Assembly (NCBI GenBank): GCA_965232515.1
Contig: CBDDPY010000002.1
Location: 7,168,001 to 7,232,000, forward strand
Source of the DNA: Alphaproteobacteria bacterium
GTDB taxonomy: Bacteria > Pseudomonadota > Alphaproteobacteria > GCA-2731375
Length of the DNA stretch: 64,000 bases
Direction of reading: 5' to 3'
The notes beneath the pieces are model-generated. The model was not told the DNA's origin, searched no databases, and saw nothing but the letters and a program-made list of their open reading frames with translations. Shown piece by piece: positions 9,654-17,349 of the stretch. The position numbers and the translations under genes were made by a program. Every line of letters starts with the position of its first letter. The stretch's first letter is position 1.

Positions 9654-10122
9654 CGTCGACGATCTCCCAGATCTTCGCGTGCACCGGCTCCGGTCGTTGT
9701 TCGATGGCCCGAAACTGCTCGACGATTCCCTGCCCTTCGAAGCGGCGGTTGACGCATAGCACCGTATTGACGGCGTGTTCGCAGAGACTGCTGGCGAATT
9801 CCGCCTCCGCGCGGGCGGCGGTCTCCGCAGCGGCCAGGTCGGGTGCGCCGTAGTGCGACATCAAGTGTTGCGTCAGTGCGACGACGACCTGGTCATAAAC
9901 CCAGTCGCCGATTTCGGCCACCGCGACGAATGTGGACCAGCCGAAGCTCGCGGTGCCGAGAAAGCCGTTGGCGAATGCCTGACGCGCTTTGCCGGCGAGC
10001 CCGGCCGGATCGGCATCCGCGAAGACGAAAGCGCCCGACACTGCCCACTCGTCGGGTGCCGCTGCGTGTTCGAACGCATGGGAGTCCGAGGCATCGAAAC
10101 GTATCGTCCGCGGAAACCGCAT
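9643..10122 (-). CDS. Conserved hypothetical protein (DUF6505-like)
   Basis: RTIRFDASD..F..AA...EWAVSG.F.F and AF.NGFLG..SFG.STFV.V. Start reassigned to ATG 10122. Confidence 0.75.
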   Translation of the reverse strand: MRFPRTIRFDASDSHAFEHAAAPDEWAVSGAFVFADADPAGLAGKARQAFANGFLGTASFGWSTFVAVAEIGDWVYDQVVVALTQHLMSHYGAPDLAAAETAARAEAEFASSLCEHAVNTVLCVNRRFEGQGIVEQFRAIEQRPEPVHAKIWEIVDDDG

Positions 10123-10163
10123 TTTCTTCTCCGGCGCCGGCGGTTCGGTCGGCAGAGGTGAGA

Positions 10164-10946
10164 TTAGCAGATTACGTCCCGCCGCCGCGCCCGATCCGCC
10201 GCCTGCAAGGCGGCGGGCAGATTCACGGTCAGGGGGCCGGCGGCTGTCTGCAGGACAAGGTTGCCGTCGTTGTCGATATCGGTCGGCTTTCCGACATATG
10301 GACCGCTGTCGGCGGCGATTTCGACATCGTCTTCGTCTTCGCCGAAGCCGCTGGCGCGGGACAGCCAGGCGCGCCGCACCGGCGCCAGTCCTTCGTCCTG
10401 CCACCGGTTGATCCAATGCAGGAAGTGTCGGCTGAAGCTTTCCAAGAACGCCGGAACGCCAACGTCGCCGCAGCCTTCGTCATGCAATGTCGTGCGCATC
10501 GGATTTCGTCCCGGTGATCCATCGCTCGGGTCGTTGCCAACCTGCATGCTGACGCCGACCGCCAGCCAGTCCGGCACCGCTTTGAGATCGTTGGATTGAT
10601 CTGTCGCCAGCCGGATCGCGCCGGCGGCCGCGCCGTTGACGTCGATCCGGTCGGGCCAACCGAATGTGACCGCCACGCCGGGTGGGACCAGCGCGCCGAG
10701 AGCGTCGCCCACGCCCAGCGCCGCCAGGTAGAGGCTGAGATAGGCTGTTTCCAGAGGCTGCTCCGGCGCCAGGATCACGGCGCACTCGGCGGTCATTGGA
10801 TCCGGTGACCAGACAAAGGCGCCGGCATGTTCACCCGTCAGCGCCAGCCTGCGGGCCTCGTCCAAGGCGGATATGTCGCCGGCAGCGCGCACGAGCCGGT
10901 AGAGCGGCGGCAGGCTCAATGTTGCAGAACGAAAATCCGCGGTCAT
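10164..10946 (-). CDS. Biotin/lipoate-protein ligase-fold protein (divergent)
   Basis: LPPLY, AVILAPE, WPD.I.VNG, TTL.DEG and a C-terminal SH3-like IDNDGNL. Start reassigned to ATG 10946. Confidence 0.75.
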   Translation of the reverse strand: MTADFRSATLSLPPLYRLVRAAGDISALDEARRLALTGEHAGAFVWSPDPMTAECAVILAPEQPLETAYLSLYLAALGVGDALGALVPPGVAVTFGWPDRIDVNGAAAGAIRLATDQSNDLKAVPDWLAVGVSMQVGNDPSDGSPGRNPMRTTLHDEGCGDVGVPAFLESFSRHFLHWINRWQDEGLAPVRRAWLSRASGFGEDEDDVEIAADSGPYVGKPTDIDNDGNLVLQTAAGPLTVNLPAALQAADRARRRDVIC

Positions 10947-11262
10947 CGTCCGTGCGTGTTCCCGACGGCAAGAAGCGAGATCGGTACACTGCCCATGGCG
11001 CGAAGATGGACGCCACCGCGATAGCCATACCATGTGATGCCGCGGCGGCCAAAATGGGTATGTCGAAATGTCATGGCTCGACCGGCAAGCCGACGCCGCA
11101 ATGCCGAAGACGTTGTTGCGGGCTGGCCGGCATCGCGACGCCGCGACCCCTGTCGCCGCGCCAGAATGCGGGTCTGTCGAGAGATGTGTGCCGGCGGGGC
11201 CATCTTCGAGCGCATGGGCCGGAAAAATGAAGTAAATTGCCGCAAAAATGAGGTGGTGGAAG

Positions 11263-11976
11263 ATGACCCGGCCCGACATCCGCGGCGATGCCGCACGCGC
11301 CTTTGCCGTTCTGCGGGACGGTGGCGTCGCCATTCTGCCGATGAGCGTCGGTTATTCCGCCATCGGCGGCTCGGCGGCGGCGTTGAAGCGGATCTTCGAT
11401 ACCAAGCAGCGGGCCGACTCCAAGCTCAATGCCATGCTGGGCGATATGGAGTTGCATCGCGAGCTGCATGTGCTGGAGCCGAAGGGCTGGGATGTCGCCC
11501 GCGCCATTGTCGAAGACTACGACCTGCCGCTCGGCGCCATCGCGCCAGCGCGCATGGATCATCCTATTCTGCGCAACATGGAATCCGAGGCGTTGCATCG
11601 CTCGAGCCACGGCGGCACGGTGCTGATGCTGCTGAACGCCGGGCCGTTTCACGGCGAGATCTGCCGGCTGAGCCGCGAGGCGCAGCATCCGTTGTTCGGA
11701 TCGTCGGCCAATCTGTCACTGTCGGGCACCAAGTTCCGGGTTGAGGACATCGAGCCGGAAATCCTGGCCATCGCCGATATCGTGATCGACCACGGACTGC
11801 GCACCTATCATCTCTACCAGGGCTCGTCGACGCTGCTGAACCTGGAGACCTTCGAGGTCGTGCGCTATGGCGCCTGCTTCGAGCTGATCGCCGATGTGCT
11901 GGCGCGCCGTTTCGATGTGCAGCTGCCGCCGCCGCCGGAAGGGCATCTGCTGAATCTGATTGGCCACCGGCTCTGA
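11263..11976 (+). CDS. YrdC/Sua5-fold protein, paralog 1
   Basis: GGVAILP, K-x-R (KQR), SSAN, SSTLL and RYG motifs; GAGGTGG RBS before ATG 11263. Confidence 0.8.
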   Translation: MTRPDIRGDAARAFAVLRDGGVAILPMSVGYSAIGGSAAALKRIFDTKQRADSKLNAMLGDMELHRELHVLEPKGWDVARAIVEDYDLPLGAIAPARMDHPILRNMESEALHRSSHGGTVLMLLNAGPFHGEICRLSREAQHPLFGSSANLSLSGTKFRVEDIEPEILAIADIVIDHGLRTYHLYQGSSTLLNLETFEVVRYGACFELIADVLARRFDVQLPPPPEGHLLNLIGHRL

Positions 11977-12025
11977 CCGGCGGCTGCCCATCATCACCCA
12001 ACACACCGGATTGGAGGGGGGACCC

Positions 12026-12727
12026 ATGTTCGAAGGGCGCGATATCGAGGGCGACGCGAAGGCTATCCTCGACACGTTGGCGGGAGGCGGCGTCGCCGTC
12101 TTTCCGGTCACCGTCGGTTATGCCGTCGTCGGCCACAGCGCCGATGCGGTGGCGCGGATCTACGCGGCGAAGGAGCGCAGCTTCGCCAAGCCCTGCGGCT
12201 GGTTCAGCGATTGGACGCTGTTCAACGACATCATCGAGGTCGACCAGCGGGCCCGCGACGTGGTGGCGTCGATCACGCAAAAGCATAACCTGCCGTTTTC
12301 CATCGTGGCGCCGTTCCGCGCCGACCATGCCTTCGTCAACGCCGTGCCCGAGTTCGTGCTGAAGAGCGCCAGCCTGCAGGGCACCATGGACATGCTGTTG
12401 AACGCCGGCGCGCTGCACGATGCGGTGGCGAAAGGCGCGCAGGAGCGCGGCATGCCGGTCGTCGGCTCGTCCGCCAACCGCTCGCTGACCGGCAGCAAAT
12501 ACCGGCTGGAGGACGTCGAGGCGCAGGTCCGCGAAGCGGCCGATCTGTGCATCGACTACGGCCTCAGCACCTATCACAACGATCGGGGGCTGGGCAGCAC
12601 CATCGTCGACCTGGTCAGCTACAAGACCTTCCGCATCGGCTGCGTCTACGACGACATCTGCCGCATTCTGTTGGACGAGTTCGACATCGACCTGAAGGCC
12701 ATCGGCACGGACAAGATCCCGGCCTGA
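12026..12727 (+). CDS. YrdC/Sua5-fold protein, paralog 2
   Basis: GGVAVFP, KER, SSAN, STIVD and RIG motifs; GGAGG RBS before ATG 12026. Confidence 0.8.
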   Translation: MFEGRDIEGDAKAILDTLAGGGVAVFPVTVGYAVVGHSADAVARIYAAKERSFAKPCGWFSDWTLFNDIIEVDQRARDVVASITQKHNLPFSIVAPFRADHAFVNAVPEFVLKSASLQGTMDMLLNAGALHDAVAKGAQERGMPVVGSSANRSLTGSKYRLEDVEAQVREAADLCIDYGLSTYHNDRGLGSTIVDLVSYKTFRIGCVYDDICRILLDEFDIDLKAIGTDKIPA

Positions 12728-12755
12728 GCAGGTTTCCGGCGCCAGCCGTCGCGCG

Positions 12756-13646
12756 TCATCCCGTCTTTGGTCTCAGGCGATGTGGGTACTCGGACGCCGT
12801 GATGTCAGGACGGAGCGCGACAGCCGGCTCGCCTGTGCGTCGGTAAATCGCCAGATGGGCCGAGACGGTATCGAAGCCGGAGCAATCCGCCGGCAGGCGT
12901 TCGTGCTTGCCAAGCACGAGAAGACCGTCTGCCGCCGTTCGCGCGGCGAGGTTGGCGGCGAACCGTCGTTGCCGGTTGGCGTCGAAGTAGGTGAAGGCCA
13001 GGTTGCGGCAGAGCACGAGGTCAAAGGGACCGGCCGGTAGCTCCTGGCAGACGTCCTGTAGCCTGAACGCGACATGCTTCCGGATTTCGGACCGAAGGCA
13101 GAAAAGCCCGTCGCTGACGTCGAAGGCGGCGCGCCACGCCGGGGGCATATCCTTCAGGCTGCCGGCGTCGTAGCAGCCGCGCGCGGCCCGAGCCAGGCTC
13201 GCCTCGTCCGCGTCGATCGCCAGGATGTCGGGTGTTAGCCCCGGAAAACAGGGCGCCAGGTCGAAGCGCCAGGCGAGCGCGAGCGAATAGGGCTCCTCGC
13301 CGCCGCAGCAACCCAGGCTCAGGCATCGGAGGCGCATCTCGCCGGTCTGCGTCAGCCGCGTGCACATCGCCGGCAGAAGTTGGTCTTTCAGATGATCGAA
13401 GACACCCCGGTCGCGATAGAACCGGCTGATGGTGACGCGGCAGAGGCCGTCCAGCACCCGCCACTCGCCGCTGTCTTGCTCGAGACGCGTCCGATAAGCG
13501 TCGAGATCGCCGACGCCGAGCGCCGCGATGCGTCGGCGCAGCCGCTTGCAGACTTGTCCGCGCACCTTGCGATAGCCCGCCCAGCGCAGGCCCAGGCGCG
13601 GCAGCGCCCATTGCAGAAAGGCCGTGCAGGCGACCATCGACGGCAT
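12756..13646 (-). CDS. CheR-family SAM-dependent methyltransferase (orphan)
   Basis: VTISRFYRD, SLGC.GGEEPYSL and FDLVLCRNL..YF motifs. Start uncertain (13637-13676). Confidence 0.85.
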   Translation of the reverse strand: MPSMVACTAFLQWALPRLGLRWAGYRKVRGQVCKRLRRRIAALGVGDLDAYRTRLEQDSGEWRVLDGLCRVTISRFYRDRGVFDHLKDQLLPAMCTRLTQTGEMRLRCLSLGCCGGEEPYSLALAWRFDLAPCFPGLTPDILAIDADEASLARAARGCYDAGSLKDMPPAWRAAFDVSDGLFCLRSEIRKHVAFRLQDVCQELPAGPFDLVLCRNLAFTYFDANRQRRFAANLAARTAADGLLVLGKHERLPADCSGFDTVSAHLAIYRRTGEPAVALRPDITASEYPHRLRPKTG

Positions 13647-13663
13647 AGGCGTTTCGGGATGTC

Positions 13664-16063
13664 CTACTGTCGGCACCGCGAACGGCTTTCCGGGTTGAGA
13701 TCGAGATCGACAATCAGCGGCAAGTGATCGGAGGCGAGGCGGGCGAGGCCGGTCCTCGGGACCTGAACGTTCCGCACCGTGATTCCAGGGCCGGTCAGGA
13801 CATGATCGATCCGTGCCGTGGGGTAGGGGCCGAACCAGGTCTTGGCCGGCCGCTGTCCGGGCAGCGATTGTTGCGCATCCCTCAGCTCGGTCGTGAGCCG
13901 GCGCAGGACCGGCGAACGCGGACCGGCGTTCAGATCGCCCAGCAGAACCGTCGGGCCGCGGCAGTCCGGATGTCCGAGCCAGTCGACGCCGAGCAGTGCC
14001 CGCGCCTGGGCCAGCCGTTCGCGGCGGCGGAGGCCGAGATGCGTGTTAATCACCTGCAACTCCACGTCGCCGAGGTCGATGCCGGCCCAGATTGCGCCGC
14101 GCGGTTCGTGCCGCGGCCAATGTCCGCGTCCGGGCAACGGTCCAGACTTGATCTGCCGCATCGGCAGTCGGCTGAGGATAGCGTTGCCGTACCGCTCCTC
14201 CTCGAGGTGGATGGTCGGGTGAAAGTGATAGGCCATTTCGAGATGCCGGGCGATCAGGCGCGCCTGGTCAACGCCGCCGGTGCGCGGCCGGCCGACGTCC
14301 AGCTCCTGCAACGCCACGATATCTGGTTCGTACCGGGCGATAACGCGCGCAATCCGATCCGTCGACGACCTGCCGTCCATCCCGATGCAGCTATGGACGT
14401 TATAGGTCATGATCCGCAGGCCGTCTCGTACCGGCCGGCGCATGAGCGACTTGACCGGCGTACGGCCGAGGCGTTCCAGCGCCGCCGCCCGCAAGTCCCC
14501 AGGGCGCAGATATGGCTTGCGGTGGTTTGCCGAGATCACGTCGGCGGGTAGCAGCGCGAAAGCGCGCGTCTCGTCAACGCCCGGTCCGCCATGCGCCCCG
14601 TTCTCGAGTGGAAAGGTCAGGCTTCGGCCATTGGGTCGCCAGCCAGAGATCACAAAATCGCCGGCATCCGCGTGGTGGCACAGCTTCACCATGTCGATGG
14701 CGACGTCCTCGAGGAACGGGTGGTCGTCCCCGAAGACGGCGCCGGCATCGCGCGGCAGGTGAAACCGTCCGGCCGGTGTCCAGGCCAGCGCGGCGCCGTC
14801 GGTATTCGCGGCGAGCACCAGCGGAATGTCGGCCGTCGAGACCATGGCGGCCGCCAGACGGTCGCGTTCTTTCGCTTCAAGCTGATGCGGCAGGTAGACC
14901 AGACCGAGCGGGCCGAGCGCGGTTACCGTGAGCTCGGTTGGCGGGGCTTGCGCTTGATCCGCACCATAGACCGGCAAGACACGCTGAATGCGCCGGCCAC
15001 CGAGGTGGCGCACGCGTTGGGTTTCGATGCCAAGCATGTCCGTCGGTGGTGAGCTCGCTGGCAGATCGGCGATCAGGTCGGCGATCGCGGCGCCGACGCT
15101 GCGCCCGTGCCGTCTGGCATAGGACTCAGTGTCCGCCTGACCGTGATCGGCATAGATCCACAGCTCATAGTCACGCTCGTGAGACCTGGCGGACGCCCGC
15201 CAGATGCGGGCGACCGCGTCGTCGATGCCCTTCAGCGACCAATGCGCGAAGAACGATCCGGGGCCGCGACGATGGGCCTGTTCGTCATAGCCAAGGAAGT
15301 TGAGATGGATGACCGGCAGGCCGCGGGCGATGTCCAGCTTGGCGCCGATCGTGACCAGCTCGCGCAGCAGGATGCAGATCGCGACCCGGGTCGGCACGAA
15401 CGTCAGTTCCTTGAGAATGTCGCGCCCCTCGATCAGACCGCGGAAGAAGTCGACGATGGCCAGAATCAGTTCAAGCGCCAAAAGGATACTCGTGCGCAGC
15501 AGGCTGTAAGCGTTGGTGATCAGCAGAAACGCGAGTGCCGCGGGGTTTGCGCCGCGAAGAATGGCGCCCCATCCAAGCGCCGCCGGACAGAAGTGCGGTT
15601 CGTCGGCGCCGCCGGTATAGACATTGAGATAGGCACTGCCCGCCTGAAGGAGCGGCGTGCCGCGTTTCTGGAGTTCGTGCTCGATGCGCGCCGCCGGTTG
15701 TGGTTCGAACATGCGGACGACCTCGCCGGACGCGCCGTCGCGGAAACTGAACGCGGGCACGGCAGTCTCGACCCCGTAGAACAGCTCGGCCTGAACGGCG
15801 GGCGTGGTCGACGGCAGGCCGGAATAGAGCGTGTGCAGCCGGTAATCTTCACGCCCGAGCAGGCGCTTGAGGAACGGCATCTTGCCGGCCGCGAGCGCGC
15901 GTTCGAGCTGCGCGCGCGAGAGGCCGTCGACCTGCACCATGATCAATCCCTGCGCCGTCGGAGCGTCGCTGGTCCGCGGCAACCGGAACAGGCGGACCAG
16001 CCACTCGCTGCGGTTCAGCAGCCGGCGCACGGCGTGCACGATCGCCGCGGCGCGGACGATCAT
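13664..16063 (-). CDS. Alkaline-phosphatase-superfamily phosphodiesterase fused to an endonuclease/exonuclease/phosphatase (EEP) domain
   Basis: N-part has DGLS, PSTTPA, DEQAH, ADHG and GAHGG; C-part has TYNVH, LQE, NTHL, GDLN, RIDH and SDH. ATG overlaps the stop of the upstream GT. Confidence 0.85.
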   Translation of the reverse strand: MIVRAAAIVHAVRRLLNRSEWLVRLFRLPRTSDAPTAQGLIMVQVDGLSRAQLERALAAGKMPFLKRLLGREDYRLHTLYSGLPSTTPAVQAELFYGVETAVPAFSFRDGASGEVVRMFEPQPAARIEHELQKRGTPLLQAGSAYLNVYTGGADEPHFCPAALGWGAILRGANPAALAFLLITNAYSLLRTSILLALELILAIVDFFRGLIEGRDILKELTFVPTRVAICILLRELVTIGAKLDIARGLPVIHLNFLGYDEQAHRRGPGSFFAHWSLKGIDDAVARIWRASARSHERDYELWIYADHGQADTESYARRHGRSVGAAIADLIADLPASSPPTDMLGIETQRVRHLGGRRIQRVLPVYGADQAQAPPTELTVTALGPLGLVYLPHQLEAKERDRLAAAMVSTADIPLVLAANTDGAALAWTPAGRFHLPRDAGAVFGDDHPFLEDVAIDMVKLCHHADAGDFVISGWRPNGRSLTFPLENGAHGGPGVDETRAFALLPADVISANHRKPYLRPGDLRAAALERLGRTPVKSLMRRPVRDGLRIMTYNVHSCIGMDGRSSTDRIARVIARYEPDIVALQELDVGRPRTGGVDQARLIARHLEMAYHFHPTIHLEEERYGNAILSRLPMRQIKSGPLPGRGHWPRHEPRGAIWAGIDLGDVELQVINTHLGLRRRERLAQARALLGVDWLGHPDCRGPTVLLGDLNAGPRSPVLRRLTTELRDAQQSLPGQRPAKTWFGPYPTARIDHVLTGPGITVRNVQVPRTGLARLASDHLPLIVDLDLNPESRSRCRQ

Positions 16064-17349
16064 TCTGCGCCGTCGTCGCCCTGCGCGCTCTGCACCAGGG
16101 CGGTGCCGGCCGCGTCCGCCAGCCCGGCCAGGACGTTCCATTCGGCCTCGATCAGACGCAGCGCCGCCTTCCAGGTGTCATAGGGTTCGTCATCTCGGGC
16201 CGGCTGCGTGCCGAGCAGACGCCGATAGATCGACAGGATTTTCTCCGCCGAGCGACCGATCGAAAAATTGTCCGCGGTCGTCCGGGCTGCTGCCGTCAGA
16301 CGACATCGCCGTGCCGGTGCGGCGCGTTCGATCTCGGCGATCGCCGAAGCGAAATCCGCGGCATCGGCGTCGGGCAGCAGGCGTCCATTGACGCCGTCGT
16401 CCACCACCTCGCGCGCACCCGGCGCCTCAAGCGCCACCACCGGCACGCCGGCCGCCATGGCCTCGGTCAGCACCATGCCCTGCGTTTCGGAAGTGGAGGC
16501 AAAGGCAAAGACGTCGATGGCGTTGTAGGCGTCCGCCAGGGCCGGATAGCCGAGCGACCCAAGGCAATGGAGACGCGCGCCGTGTCCAGCGCCGTCGAGG
16601 GCGCGGCGGATATCGGGTTCGGCGTCACCGCTGCCGACGACGAGGAAGTGCGCGTTTGGGCATTGGTCGAGAAAGCGGGCGACGGCTTCTGCCAGAAAGA
16701 GCAGGTTCTTCTCGGCCGCCAAACGCCCCACATGCCCGACAACGAAGGCGTCTTGGGGGATGCGATTTGTCTTGCGGCAGGTCTTACCATCGCCGTTGCT
16801 GAGGCGTTCGGTCGAGACGCCGGTCGACACCACGTCGATCGGCGCCGTCACGCCACGCTCGCGCAGAACGGCCTCGGTGCTCTCGCTGGGCGCGATGACC
16901 TGCGCGCACAGGTTAGCGTAGTTCGTTGCCAGATCGATAACGAACCGCTTCAGGATCGGGGAGTCGCCCGGCACATAGTGCGTGTAGTGCTCGTACATCG
17001 TGTGGTGGGTGAAGACCAGCGGCCGCGCGTGGGTGGCGGCGACGCGGATCGCCATCGTCCCGAGCAGGAATGGATGATGCGAATGCACGATATCGGGATC
17101 GAATTCGTCGAGCGCCGTGTGCAGCAGGGCGGAGATCGGCAGCACGACGGAGAAGTCGCTGCCATTGAAATTCTGAATGGCCGGGATGCGGACCACGTCG
17201 ATCTCGTCCGCCGGCATGTCCTCGAATTCCGGCGCGACCACCAGAACGCGATGGCCGCGCGCGCGGTACTCGGCGGTAAATGCCTCGACGGATCGCGCGA
17301 CGCCGCCGCGATGCGGCGTGAACGTATTCGTCATCATCAGGATATTCAT
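16060..17349 (-). CDS. Glycosyltransferase family 4 (resembles diacylglycerol glycosyltransferases)
   Basis: TF.P..GGVA, HSHHPFLLG, FTHHTMYEHY, VGRLA.EKN and ETQGMVLTEAMA (E-x7-E) motifs. Confidence 0.9.
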   Translation of the reverse strand: MNILMMTNTFTPHRGGVARSVEAFTAEYRARGHRVLVVAPEFEDMPADEIDVVRIPAIQNFNGSDFSVVLPISALLHTALDEFDPDIVHSHHPFLLGTMAIRVAATHARPLVFTHHTMYEHYTHYVPGDSPILKRFVIDLATNYANLCAQVIAPSESTEAVLRERGVTAPIDVVSTGVSTERLSNGDGKTCRKTNRIPQDAFVVGHVGRLAAEKNLLFLAEAVARFLDQCPNAHFLVVGSGDAEPDIRRALDGAGHGARLHCLGSLGYPALADAYNAIDVFAFASTSETQGMVLTEAMAAGVPVVALEAPGAREVVDDGVNGRLLPDADAADFASAIAEIERAAPARRCRLTAAARTTADNFSIGRSAEKILSIYRRLLGTQPARDDEPYDTWKAALRLIEAEWNVLAGLADAAGTALVQSAQGDDGAE

